From assembly GCA_036000105.1 (NCBI GenBank), contig DASYGE010000012.1, forward strand, positions 460,436-524,435: a stretch of 64,000 nt of DNA, in the 5' to 3' direction. Both the position numbers and the translations under genes were made by a program. Below are positions 1-9,188 of this stretch, piece by piece. The stretch's first letter is position 1. Every line of letters begins with the position of its first letter. This DNA is from Gammaproteobacteria bacterium. Lineage in GTDB: Bacteria; Pseudomonadota; Gammaproteobacteria; Natronospirales; REEB76. The notes beneath the pieces were generated by a model, which saw only the letters and a program-made list of their open reading frames with translations, was not told where the DNA came from and did not search any database.

Positions 1-102
1 GGTGGTGGTGAGTACCCGGAAGCGGTTCTTGAACAGCACTTCGAGCGAGCGCAGTACCCGCTCTTCATCGTCCACGAACAGTAAGGTGGCCTTGTCGCTC
101 AT
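1..102 (-). CDS. response regulator, receiver-domain N-terminus (partial, continues past window start)
   Basis: Reverse translation from ATG at 100-102 gives MSDKATLLFVDDEERVLRSLEVLFKNRFRVLTTT, a typical REC N-terminus with an acidic DD/EE pocket. ATGA start/stop overlap with the upstream kinase gene. Confidence 0.6.
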   Translation of the reverse strand, partial: MSDKATLLFVDDEERVLRSLEVLFKNRFRVLTTT

Positions 103-1409
103 GACGCTTTCTCCAGAAGTAAGGTTTCGCCGCCGGCGCTAGCAGCGACCGGCAGTTGCACGGTGAAACGCGCACCCTTGCCGGGTTGGGAAGTGACGCG
201 GATGTCGCCGCCGTGCTGTTTGATGATCTCGTAGCTGATGGAAAGCCCTAGGCCGGTGCCCTGGCCCACGGCCTTGGTGGTGAAGAAGGGGTCGAAGATC
301 TTGGGCAGCACATCCGCGGGGATGCCCTTGCCCGTGTCCTGCACCGTGACCCGCAGCCAGGCGGCGTCCGCTTCGGTCTTGACCAGGATGCGGCCCCGCT
401 CCTCGATGGCCTGGGCGGCGTTGGTGAGCAGGTTCAGGAACACCTGGTTGATCTGGGAGGGCATGCAGGCGATGCGCGGCAGCTCGCCATACTGGCGTAC
501 CACTTCCACCCGGTTCTTGAGCACGTTGCGCGCCAGGAGGAGCGCGCTGTCGAGGCATTCGTTGATGTCCACGTCAGCCGCGAGCGCCCGGTCCAGGCGG
601 CTGAAGTTCTTGAGGTTCATGACGATCTCGCTGATGCGATCGATGCCGAAATGGGTGTCGGCGAAGAGCTTCGCCAGGTCGTCGGCATTGCTGTTGGCGA
701 GGCTTTCTTTCAGGGCCGTGGCTCCCTGGAGCTTGGCCTGCAGCTCCTCTTCGGTGACGAAGGGGGAGAGCAACGTGTCCACCAGGCCGCCGCAGCCCTG
801 CAGCATCTCCCGGGAACTCCCGAAGAACATCTCCATCATCTCCATGTTGTTCTTCACGTAGCCGAGCGGCGTGTTGATCTCATGGGCCACGCCCGCGACC
901 ATCTGGCCCAAGGAGGCCATCTTCTCCGACTGGATGAGCTGTAGCTGCGAGGCCTTGAGCTGCTGCAGCGCAGCATTCAGCTCGACGGCCTGTTTGGTCA
1001 GGCGCTCATCCATGGCGCGCAGGAGATGCATGACCGCACCCATGCCGAGGTATTTGCCGTTGCGGGTGATGATGAAGTCTTCGGTCACCGGGAACTGCAG
1101 ACGTTCGCTGACGGTCTTGCTGGCTTCCGTGAGGTCGGTGCTGGATTCGATCACCACCGGCGCATCGTTCATGATGGAGGTGACCGGGCGCTTGCCGTAC
1201 AACTCGCGGCCGTACTGCCGGAACAACACCTGCTGCATGCGCGCGCGGCTGATGAGGCCCACGGGCCGATCCCCGTCCAGCACGGGCAGGGACAGGAGCT
1301 TGCCGTGGCTGTCGTCCATGAACATGTCTGCCACGTCCGCGACCTTGAGGTGCGGTGGGATGCCCTGAGCGGCGATCACGAGCTCATGGAGCTGAGCGGA
1401 TTCGGACAT
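99..1409 (-). CDS. cytoplasmic sensor histidine kinase with N-terminal CBS-domain pair
   Basis: 436 aa ORF. The N-terminal ~140 aa look like a CBS pair, followed by a coiled coil, an H-box (VAGVAHEINTPLGYV) and HATPase_c N/G boxes (NLLTNAAQA, DTGKGIP, GTGLGLS). No TM segment is evident. Confidence 0.85.
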   Translation of the reverse strand: MSESAQLHELVIAAQGIPPHLKVADVADMFMDDSHGKLLSLPVLDGDRPVGLISRARMQQVLFRQYGRELYGKRPVTSIMNDAPVVIESSTDLTEASKTVSERLQFPVTEDFIITRNGKYLGMGAVMHLLRAMDERLTKQAVELNAALQQLKASQLQLIQSEKMASLGQMVAGVAHEINTPLGYVKNNMEMMEMFFGSSREMLQGCGGLVDTLLSPFVTEEELQAKLQGATALKESLANSNADDLAKLFADTHFGIDRISEIVMNLKNFSRLDRALAADVDINECLDSALLLARNVLKNRVEVVRQYGELPRIACMPSQINQVFLNLLTNAAQAIEERGRILVKTEADAAWLRVTVQDTGKGIPADVLPKIFDPFFTTKAVGQGTGLGLSISYEIIKQHGGDIRVTSQPGKGARFTVQLPVAASAGGETLLLEKAS

Positions 1410-1560
1410 GGGAGGCCTGCGGCGGTATCTGCGCTGTGTATTGCTTGCGCAGCTACCATAACGCCGGATTGTGAAAGCGGCGTTAAGCTTTTATTGCAGA
1501 GGTGACGTACAGGATCTGGTCAAAAGATGCGCAGCAGCGTGACCGTCGCGTGACAATGTT

Positions 1561-2619
1561 TCAGGTGGGAGCGTGTTTCCCGCTCGCAGCCTCTAAAGCA
1601 GCACGCACTTCCGCCGGGAAGTCGAAGCTGTCGGAGAACATGCGCGATGTGTCGGCGCCCTGGGCCGGGAATGCCGCGCGCGCCGCCTGCACCATGGGCG
1701 GCGGACCCGAGAGATAGATGTCGTGGCCCGCTAGATCTGGGAAGTCCTTCAGCACCACTTCGTGCACGAAACCGGTACGGTCACTCCAGTGGTCTTCCGG
1801 CATAGGCTCCGAGAGCACCGGCACGTAGCGGAAATGCGTCTGGCTCTTCGTCCACTCCCTCAAGCGCGTGTCGGCGTAGAGATCGCGCGCGGCGCGGGCG
1901 CCCCAATAGAAGACGATGTCCCTATCCCGGCCGTTCTCGAAGAGGTGGCGCAGCATGGCCTGGATGGGCGCGTAGCCCGTGCCGCCAGCGATCATGATGA
2001 TGGGCCGTGCTGAGTCCTCCCGCAGGAAGAAGGTGCCGAGGGGCCCCTGGATGCGCAGCAGTGTACCCACCGGGAGATTCTCGAACACTTCCTTGGAGAA
2101 CAGGCCGCCTGGCACGTTGCGCACGTGCAGCTCCAGGAACTCATCGTCATGGGGCGGGTTGGCGAGGGAGAAACTACGCCGGCGATTGCCCGGCAGCAGG
2201 ATGTCTATGTACTGCCCCGCCAGGAACTGCATGCGCTCTACCGCCGGCAGGCGCAGATAGATGCCCATCACATCATGGGCGAGCGGCGTGATGCGGGCCA
2301 CGCGGCAAGGCAGCGCCTTGACCCGCAGCTTCGCCATGGCGGTGATCTCTTCCGCCTCCACCGTGAGGTCGCTCAAGGGCACGGCGCGGCACAAGAGCGT
2401 CTCACCGGACTGCATTTCCAAGGCGGTGATGGCCAGCGGCGGCCCGTCCGGGTAATGGCTTTGGCCCACCGTGAGATGCGCGCGGCAGGTGCCGCAGCTG
2501 CCGGTGCGGCAGCCGTAGGGCAGATGGATGCCCTGGCGCAGCGCCGCAGCTAGCACGGTCTCGCCATCTTCCACCTGGAAGCGCTTGCCTGAAGGCGTGA
2601 GGCTGACGGTCTTCGCCAT
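1561..2619 (-). CDS. 2Fe-2S ferredoxin / FNR-type flavin reductase fusion (CDP-6-deoxy-delta-3,4-glucoseen reductase-like)
   Basis: Start trimmed to internal ATG (MAKTVSL...). Plant-type 2Fe-2S motif CRTGSCGTCRAHL, FAD motif RSFSLAN and NAD(P) motif GGTGYAP. The longer 409-aa ORF adds an implausible Arg/Pro-rich extension. Confidence 0.85.
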   Translation of the reverse strand: MAKTVSLTPSGKRFQVEDGETVLAAALRQGIHLPYGCRTGSCGTCRAHLTVGQSHYPDGPPLAITALEMQSGETLLCRAVPLSDLTVEAEEITAMAKLRVKALPCRVARITPLAHDVMGIYLRLPAVERMQFLAGQYIDILLPGNRRRSFSLANPPHDDEFLELHVRNVPGGLFSKEVFENLPVGTLLRIQGPLGTFFLREDSARPIIMIAGGTGYAPIQAMLRHLFENGRDRDIVFYWGARAARDLYADTRLREWTKSQTHFRYVPVLSEPMPEDHWSDRTGFVHEVVLKDFPDLAGHDIYLSGPPPMVQAARAAFPAQGADTSRMFSDSFDFPAEVRAALEAASGKHAPT

Positions 2620-2689
2620 GAGTTCCTCTATAAAGACGATGCCCTGACTTAAGCAGGGCATCGGAAGATTATGCCTGATGAGGTGCGGA

Positions 2690-3580
2690 TCAGGGCGGCG
2701 GAGGATTCCCGTTGCGGCACATAGTCGGCAGGTACTTCGGATCCACAGCATTGTTGCTGGCAGGCCCGCAGTACCAGGTCTTGCCTCCATCGGCGGTCCA
2801 CAACTCCACCGCCCTACCGGAGATGAACCGATTCACGCCGGTCTGTTTCATGGTGGCGATCACGCCGAAGGAACCGTCAGCCGATGTGGAGGTGCTGATG
2901 GTCTCCACATACTTGCCCACTGGTCCGGATTTTGGATACAGAGACGAGATGTCCGTCGGCCAGGTCTTGTTCTTCTCATAGAACTCAGACACAGGCACTT
3001 CGGCGCTCCCGGCGAGCTGGATGCCTTCCGACATCTGCGAACGTGCGATGTAATCCTGGTAAGCCGGGATGGCGATGGCCGCGAGGATGCCCATGAGCGG
3101 GATGATTAGGATATATGTCCAGGCACCCACGATGACCCAGCCAGTGTTGGGCGGCGGTTGCGGGCCAAAGCGGTTATCGCCACTCGTGCCAGGCCAGAAC
3201 AGGATTCCCAGCGAAAGCGCCAGTTCCGCGAGTACGAGCGGTATGTTTATCAAAGTCAAAACCACAGAACCGTGGGCGAATATCCCGATAACGGCAGTCA
3301 ATATTACGATCGGAAAAATCAGCAACCACCATCCACTCAAATTCATATCGTGGAGTCGCCGTATCATGAACGTCACGCCCACTACTAGGAAGAATATATA
3401 AGTCACTGCCAGCAGCACGCCGGCGAGCAAGCGCAGCTTGAAGGCAAAGAGCGCCCCTCCTACGAGCCACACGGGGAGCATCAGCAGCATCAGTCCGACG
3501 GCATAGGCCAGATAACGCAGCCGGCCGATGCGGGAGCTGACGTCGAAGAATTTGATCTCGGTAGCAGGTTCCCCGTCCAT
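2690..3580 (-). CDS. DUF805 membrane domain fused to a type IV pilin-like globular domain
   Basis: N-terminal half has DUF805 hallmarks (RIGRLRYL, RRLHDMNLSGWW, GTSGDNRFGP). C-terminal half has a pilin alpha-1 helix (GILAAIAIPAYQDYIARSQMSEG) and a C-terminal disulfide loop (WYCGPASNNAVDPKYLPTMC). No G/FTLIE prepilin motif. Confidence 0.7.
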   Translation of the reverse strand: MDGEPATEIKFFDVSSRIGRLRYLAYAVGLMLLMLPVWLVGGALFAFKLRLLAGVLLAVTYIFFLVVGVTFMIRRLHDMNLSGWWLLIFPIVILTAVIGIFAHGSVVLTLINIPLVLAELALSLGILFWPGTSGDNRFGPQPPPNTGWVIVGAWTYILIIPLMGILAAIAIPAYQDYIARSQMSEGIQLAGSAEVPVSEFYEKNKTWPTDISSLYPKSGPVGKYVETISTSTSADGSFGVIATMKQTGVNRFISGRAVELWTADGGKTWYCGPASNNAVDPKYLPTMCRNGNPPPP

Positions 3581-3717
3581 GATGTATCCCTTTGATTATG
3601 TTTTAAATCCTAATCGCACCCCAAGTGCCGGAACATCCTCCCATGCAGTCAGACATCCGGCAAGCATCTACATCTGATTGCCGAGCCGCCACCATGACCG
3701 CATAATCCTCGCAAATA

Positions 3718-4608
3718 ATGAATGCTACTCCCGCCAACAACGTGCTCATCATCGGCTGCGGCGACGTGGGCCGCCGGCTCGCGGTGCCGTATCTTGCCGA
3801 GGGCCGGGAAGTCACGGGCGTGGTGCGTTCGGCCGAGAGCGCCGAGGCCCTGAAGGCGGCGGGCATCCAACCCATACGCTGCGACCTGGATGGGGACGAC
3901 CTGCCGAGGCTCCCTTCAAGCGCTGCCGCGCTCTTCTATCTGGCACCGCCGGTGGACGTGGGTAAGGACGATGTGCGCATCGAGCGGCTGCTGGCCCATC
4001 TCGAGATCAGCGGCATCCCCTCCCGGTTCCTCTATATGAGTACCACCGGTGTGTATGGCGACTGCGCCGGGCGATGGATAGATGAGAACGCACCCCTCAA
4101 CCCCTCCACCTACCGCGCCCAGCGGCGTATCTCCGCGGAAGGTGCGGTACGTAAATGGTGTCGGGAGCAGGGCATACCCTGGGTGATCTTGCGGGTACCG
4201 GCCATCTACGGCCCGGGAAGGTTGCTCACGGAACGACTCAAGTCCGGTCAGCCGACCATCCGACCGGAGCAATGCAGCTACACCAACCGCATCCACATCC
4301 ATGATCTCGTGGCCGTCTGTCATGCGGCCATGGCGCGTGCGCCCCGGGACTCCGTGTACAACGTCAGTGATGGCCAACCTTCCACCATCACCGACTATCT
4401 GCTCACCCTGGCGGAACTCACGGGCCTGCCCAAACCGTCGCTCATCTCCATGCAGGAAACGGAGAAGACCTTGAGCCCCAGTCTCATGAGCTTCCTCAAG
4501 GAATCTAAGCGCATCCACAACTTGAAGATGCTCGAGGAACTGGATATCGCCTTGCGCTATCCCGATCTCGCGAGCGGCCTCAAGGCTTCCCTGGCTGAAG
4601 AAGCATGA
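3718..4608 (+). CDS. NAD(P)-binding SDR / epimerase-dehydratase family protein
   Basis: 296 aa with an N-terminal Rossmann motif VLIIGCGDVGRRLA. ATGA overlap with the next gene. Confidence 0.8.
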   Translation: MNATPANNVLIIGCGDVGRRLAVPYLAEGREVTGVVRSAESAEALKAAGIQPIRCDLDGDDLPRLPSSAAALFYLAPPVDVGKDDVRIERLLAHLEISGIPSRFLYMSTTGVYGDCAGRWIDENAPLNPSTYRAQRRISAEGAVRKWCREQGIPWVILRVPAIYGPGRLLTERLKSGQPTIRPEQCSYTNRIHIHDLVAVCHAAMARAPRDSVYNVSDGQPSTITDYLLTLAELTGLPKPSLISMQETEKTLSPSLMSFLKESKRIHNLKMLEELDIALRYPDLASGLKASLAEEA

Positions 4609-5282
4609 GCCCCATGCTCACACTCGTCGGCGTCGCCATCGTCATCGTCGGCTTCGCGTTGCGCGCGAATCCGCTCCTGGTAGTCACGGTGGCGGGCATC
4701 GCCACCGGCCTCGCGGGCGGCCTCCGTCCCGTGGCCATCGTCACCGCATTCGGTCACGCCTTCACCGAGAACCGCTACGTGGCGCTGGTGTGGCTCACTC
4801 TGCCGGTCATCGGCATGCTGGAGCGTAACGGTTTGCGGGAGCGGGCCCAGGCACTTGTATCGCGGGTGCGCGGCGCCACTACCGGACGTGTATTGCTCGC
4901 CTATCTCGCCTTGCGCCAATTCACCGCGGCCCTGGGGCTGAACTCCCTCGGCGGTCATGCGCAGATGGTGCGGCCGCTGGTGGCGCCCATGGCGGAAGCC
5001 GCAGCCGAGACCCGCTTCGGCAAGCTCGCCGATGACACCCGCTATCTCATCCGTGCCCACGCGGCGGCGGTGGACAACATAGGCGTGTTCTTCGGGGAAG
5101 ACATCTTCCTCGCCATGGGTTCGGTGCTGCTCATCAAGGGTTTCCTGGAACAGAACGGCATCAGCCTCACGCCCATGCAGATCGCCCTCTGGTCCATCCC
5201 CACGGCCATCGCCGTTTTCATTATCCATGGGGTGCGCCTCATGCGGCTCGACAGGCGTCTCGCCCGGGAGAAGCAGCCGTGA
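4605..5282 (+). CDS. DUF969 family membrane protein
   Basis: 225 aa polytopic membrane protein, translationally coupled (GTGA) to a DUF979-like partner. This is the usual DUF969/DUF979 pairing. Confidence 0.7.
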   Translation: MSPMLTLVGVAIVIVGFALRANPLLVVTVAGIATGLAGGLRPVAIVTAFGHAFTENRYVALVWLTLPVIGMLERNGLRERAQALVSRVRGATTGRVLLAYLALRQFTAALGLNSLGGHAQMVRPLVAPMAEAAAETRFGKLADDTRYLIRAHAAAVDNIGVFFGEDIFLAMGSVLLIKGFLEQNGISLTPMQIALWSIPTAIAVFIIHGVRLMRLDRRLAREKQP

Positions 5283-6235
5283 CCGGTCTCGACACCATAT
5301 ACATCCTGGCGGGACTCATGTTCGGCGCCACGGCGCTCATCAACTTCCGCGACCGGGCGAATCCCAAGCGTTACAAGAGCACCTGCTTCTGGGGCCTGTA
5401 TGCCGTGACCTTCCTCTTCGGTTCCTGGCTGCCGCCCTTCGTGACAGGCTGCATGGCCATCCTCATGGCGCTCACTGCCGGCATCGGAGGCTTGGGCAAG
5501 TCCAGCGTCTCGGAACCCGACGCGACCGAGCGCCGCGGCCTGGCGGAGCGCTTCGGCAATCGCTTGTTCATCCCCGCCCTCATGATCCCGGTCGTCACCT
5601 TCGCCGGTAGCTTGGCGTTCAAGTACCTCAGCGTCGGCGGCCAGCCGCTGGTGGCGGCGAAGGATGCGACGCTGGTGGCCTTGGGAGTGGCGGTGCTCGC
5701 GGCCATCGTCGCGGCCATCTTCATGTTGCGGGAACGGCTTCGGGCGCCCTTCACTGAATCGCGGCGCCTATTGAATGCAGTGGGGGCGGTAGCGGTGTTG
5801 CCGCAATTGCTCGCGGCCTTGGGCGCGCTGTTCGCTGCCGCCGGCGTGGGCCATGTGGTGGCGACACTCGTGGGGCGCTTCATCCCGGTGGACAGCGGTT
5901 TCGCGGTGGTGGCGGCCTACGGGGTCGGCATGGCGCTCTTCACTCTGGTCATGGGCAACGCCTTCGCCGCTTTCCCGGTGATGACCGCCGGCATCGGCCT
6001 GCCGCTGGTGGTGCACCTGCACGGCGGAAATCCGGCGATCATGGGCGCCATCGGCATGCTGGCGGGTTACTGCGGCACGCTCATGACACCGATGGCGGCC
6101 AACTTCAACGCCGTGCCGGCGGCACTCCTGGAATTGCCTGACCCCAACGGCGTGATCAAGGTGCAGATACCCACTGGCCTCATGCTGCTGGTCGTGAACA
6201 TCGCTCTGATGTATTTTCTGGTGTTCCGTTTCTAA
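5279..6235 (+). CDS. DUF979 family membrane protein
   Basis: 318 aa polytopic membrane protein. GTG start overlaps the DUF969 stop. Confidence 0.7.
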   Translation: MTGLDTIYILAGLMFGATALINFRDRANPKRYKSTCFWGLYAVTFLFGSWLPPFVTGCMAILMALTAGIGGLGKSSVSEPDATERRGLAERFGNRLFIPALMIPVVTFAGSLAFKYLSVGGQPLVAAKDATLVALGVAVLAAIVAAIFMLRERLRAPFTESRRLLNAVGAVAVLPQLLAALGALFAAAGVGHVVATLVGRFIPVDSGFAVVAAYGVGMALFTLVMGNAFAAFPVMTAGIGLPLVVHLHGGNPAIMGAIGMLAGYCGTLMTPMAANFNAVPAALLELPDPNGVIKVQIPTGLMLLVVNIALMYFLVFRF

Positions 6236-6248
6236 CACATAGAACCCC

Positions 6249-6274
6249 CCGGGCTCCTCGCGAGCCCGGTTTCT
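6249..6274 (+). terminator. putative intrinsic terminator after the DUF979 gene
   Basis: CCGGGCTC-ctcgc-GAGCCCGG hairpin followed by TTTCT, 14 nt after the stop codon. Confidence 0.5.
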
Positions 6275-6422
6275 AATGATTGCTTGGTCGGATATCAGGC
6301 TGAGAGATTTTGGCTGCCAGCTAGGGTTCGCTGCATACGGCGAACGCTCCGCCATGCAAGGCGGAGCTGGTCGGCTCACTAGGGATGGTTAACGACGCTG
6401 GAAGCCAAAAGATCCAGCCTGC

Positions 6423-7511
6423 TCACCAGATTTCCATGACTTCTTTGTAGGGGAACTTCAGACCCACACGGTCCCAGACTTCCGCCACGCGCTTGACCAC
6501 GGGCTCCGCCTGCTTGATCCAGTCCGGATGCCGGTCCTGCTTGGCGAACACCTTGAACTCGGAGGGTTGTAGCCCGCTCTCGAAGCGGTTCTGGAAGCTC
6601 TTGGACACGCCTTCCATGCGTTCCTTGCCGTAGGGCACCAGCGTCATGTTGCGGTTGGCCGAGAGGCCGGTGGTGGCCACGTAGTAGTGGTACTGCTCCC
6701 AGTAGTGCAGGTAGGCGTCGAAATAGGGCATGAGGAACATCTCGTCGTTGCTCAAGCCCGAGGTGTAAGACAGGTCGCGCCGCACCCACTCCTCGATGTT
6801 GCCGCGCACCTTGAACTTGCCGTCCGCCGGCAGGCCGCCGGACTTCTCGTAGGCGGAGATGGCGGAGGTGACCGGATGGCGCACGGTGAGGATGTGTTCC
6901 ACCGACTCCCCGAGGATCTGATGGAAGAAGCCGCCCGCGTAGGTGCCCTTGAGCAGCTTCTTCGGCACCATGATCTTGCCGTAATGCGGCTTGTGCTTGC
7001 TGAAGTAGATCTCGACCATGGTGAGGAACTCGGCCATGGTCTGCAGACTCGAGATCCAGCTGTTGGCGCCTTTCTGGAAGCGGAACGGGCCGGCTTCCGG
7101 GAAGCCGTCGTGGGCGATCACGTTCGGCACTTTGTCCACGTCGAAGCCGAGCGCGCGATAGGCTTCCATGGTGAGATAGGAGCCGCCGTTGCGTGGCACG
7201 CCGATGATGTTGATGAAATGGTACTTGAACTGGATGTCGCGGATCTGGTCGAAGTCGCCGGTCATGAGTGCGAGGAACAGCTGGTAGGCGCGCGCCACAT
7301 GCCGCTGGCCGGCTTCGCTCGCCATGATGCGTCCCGCGTTCTCCTGGGCCTTCTCCATGACCCGCACGTGGTCGTTGGAGAGTTCCTCGGAGAGCTGGTC
7401 GTGCCAGCCGGCGCCTTCGAACTGACGCCCGTCCACGATGTGCGCGAGGAAATCCACGAACACGGGTGATACCGGCAGTTCCTTGTCGGTCAGTTTGATT
7501 TCAACGCCCAT
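6423..7511 (-). CDS. hypothetical protein, sulfotransferase-like
   Basis: 362 aa. IIGVPRNGGSYL resembles the PAPS 5'-phosphosulfate loop and VRHPVTSAISAY resembles the 3'-phosphate RxPxxxxxS motif. No signal peptide. Confidence 0.55.
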   Translation of the reverse strand: MGVEIKLTDKELPVSPVFVDFLAHIVDGRQFEGAGWHDQLSEELSNDHVRVMEKAQENAGRIMASEAGQRHVARAYQLFLALMTGDFDQIRDIQFKYHFINIIGVPRNGGSYLTMEAYRALGFDVDKVPNVIAHDGFPEAGPFRFQKGANSWISSLQTMAEFLTMVEIYFSKHKPHYGKIMVPKKLLKGTYAGGFFHQILGESVEHILTVRHPVTSAISAYEKSGGLPADGKFKVRGNIEEWVRRDLSYTSGLSNDEMFLMPYFDAYLHYWEQYHYYVATTGLSANRNMTLVPYGKERMEGVSKSFQNRFESGLQPSEFKVFAKQDRHPDWIKQAEPVVKRVAEVWDRVGLKFPYKEVMEIW

Positions 7512-7556
7512 GGCTGCTCACTTTTATAAATATGTATGGAATGGTGATTGCGGTCT

Positions 7557-8315
7557 TCAGGAGACGAGCCGTGCACCCTTGCGGCGCTCCGCTGCGCGGT
7601 CCATCAGGAACTTGAAATTATCCAGCGACATGAGGTGCGCGTAGATGCGCGACAGTTCGCCGTGCTTCATCAGACGTTTCAGGTCTTTGCCCGGCAGCTC
7701 GTTGAGCTTCTCCTCGTTCACGCGGAACATGCCGCGCAGGCGCATCTCCTGGCCGCTCTTGGGGAAGGCATGGGCCTCGAAAGGCTCCAAGAGGCCCAAC
7801 TCCTTGACGGTCTTGCACAGGTGCTCGGTGGGGACGCGCGCGCCCTCCATCTCGGAGATCAGGGTCTGGGTGGGCAGGAAGTCGCTGGAGGGGTTGCCCT
7901 GCATGTCGAACACCGCCTTGTCCGAGGCTTCGAGGCCGGATTCATCTACGCAGATGAGGATGTTGCCGTTCTTGGCTTCCTCGCCGGTGATGCGCACGCC
8001 GAAGAAGGGCCAGCGGCGCACGTAGGCGGGGATGTAGGCGTCTTTCTGCCATTCGCCGTCGTCGCCCACGAACAGGTTCTCTTCCTGGTTGAGACCGGTG
8101 ATGGCGAGCGGCAGGTATTCGCCGGTGTTCGGTTCCTGGGCGAAGACCACTGGGTAATCGCGCGCGGCCTGCACGAACTCGGCGGCCACCACATAGACGC
8201 CGGTGAGTCCGGCGGCAAAGGCATGCCGGCGGCCGGTAACTGCGGCTTTGCCTTTGTGCGTGTTCTTGTCGAGGGCCACGAGGCCCTTGTAGCCGGGGGG
8301 GATGGTGATGTTCAT
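7557..8315 (-). CDS. SapC family protein
   Basis: 252 aa with the characteristic YIPAYVRRWPF segment. AAGGTGAG RBS upstream of the ATG. Confidence 0.8.
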   Translation of the reverse strand: MNITIPPGYKGLVALDKNTHKGKAAVTGRRHAFAAGLTGVYVVAAEFVQAARDYPVVFAQEPNTGEYLPLAITGLNQEENLFVGDDGEWQKDAYIPAYVRRWPFFGVRITGEEAKNGNILICVDESGLEASDKAVFDMQGNPSSDFLPTQTLISEMEGARVPTEHLCKTVKELGLLEPFEAHAFPKSGQEMRLRGMFRVNEEKLNELPGKDLKRLMKHGELSRIYAHLMSLDNFKFLMDRAAERRKGARLVS

Positions 8316-8486
8316 GAAACGCTCACCTTGATCGGAAGTGACTTCGGTATCGGCCGCGCCCTTAAAGGAACGGCGATTTACCTTAATTTTGAATTGGCGC
8401 TATTGAGCCATAGGGGCGGGAGCGCTGTCGAGGGTAGTTCAGGGATGGGCCGGGCATTTCCAGGCGCTTCAGGCCTGAAAATGGAG

Positions 8487-8512
8487 CCGGGCAAAACCCC
8501 GCTTTTGCCTGG
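8487..8512 (-). terminator. putative intrinsic terminator after the LysE-family gene
   Basis: On the minus strand, a GGCAAAA-gcgggg-TTTTGCC stem (extendable) is followed by CUCCAUUUUCA. Confidence 0.4.
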
Positions 8513-8560
8513 CGCACTGAAAAGGCCAGGGACAGACCTTCTCAAGCAAATGGTCGGAGG

Positions 8561-9172
8561 CTACCCCAGCAATTTCAGGCTTTCCCAACCCACATAGAGG
8601 CCGAAACCCACCAGCATCAGGACGCTCCCATAGGCTACCCCCACGGCGGCGCGGGCCGCCCGGGCTCCCAACCAGCGGAATGCGTAGGTGAAGGCCACGG
8701 TGTAGAGGAAGAGGGACAGGAACAGCCCCAGGATGCCCGGCGCTCCCCAGGAGGTGTAGAGCAGGGTGCCGTTGGCCAGCCACCAGGCCAGGGAGAAGGG
8801 GCTCGTGAGCACCGTCATGTAACCGAGCTTCCAGGAACCCGGGGTGTCATTGCCATGTATCCCCGCCCGGGCGGCCTTCCAGGCCCCCCAGGCCATCCAC
8901 AGGAGCAGCGCTGCGCCGGCGAGGCCCATGAGCCCTACTCCCCGGGGATGCCGGTCGAGGATCGTCACGGCGCCGAGGATGGCGAGGGAGAGCCAAGTGA
9001 AGTCCGCGCAGATAGCGCCGAAGGCAGTCATGAGCGCTTCCCGCACCCGGCCACGGAGCGCCGCGGTGGCCATGATGGCCATCACCGGGCCCGGCGGCGC
9101 CGCGAGGCTCAAACCCAGCAAGCCACCGGCCAGCGCCGCGTGCCAGCCGGTCGCCTGGGTGATTCCAATCAT
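8561..9172 (-). CDS. LysE family amino-acid exporter
   Basis: 203 aa six-helix membrane protein with a LysE-type N-terminus (GLSLAAPPGPV). Confidence 0.8.
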   Translation of the reverse strand: MIGITQATGWHAALAGGLLGLSLAAPPGPVMAIMATAALRGRVREALMTAFGAICADFTWLSLAILGAVTILDRHPRGVGLMGLAGAALLLWMAWGAWKAARAGIHGNDTPGSWKLGYMTVLTSPFSLAWWLANGTLLYTSWGAPGILGLFLSLFLYTVAFTYAFRWLGARAARAAVGVAYGSVLMLVGFGLYVGWESLKLLG

Positions 9173-9188
9173 GGATGTATCGCGATCG

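Noticed and set aside
8469-8480. The perfect 12-bp palindrome TTCAGGCCTGAA in the sapC/LysE spacer as an operator.
   Set aside because: It is a single short palindrome with no adjacent regulator and no second copy noticed in the window. That is insufficient support.
7548-8597. Long antisense or alternative-frame ORFs throughout the track. Examples: 7548-8597, 13480-15021, 21312-22637, 25553-26665, 28507-29853, 47250-48572, 55856-56926, 6687-7469, 9462-10112.
   Set aside because: Each lies opposite or out of frame to a gene with clear family motifs. Their translations are Arg/Gly/Ala/His/Pro-rich and low in complexity, with no recognisable domains. This is typical of shadow ORFs in GC-rich DNA.
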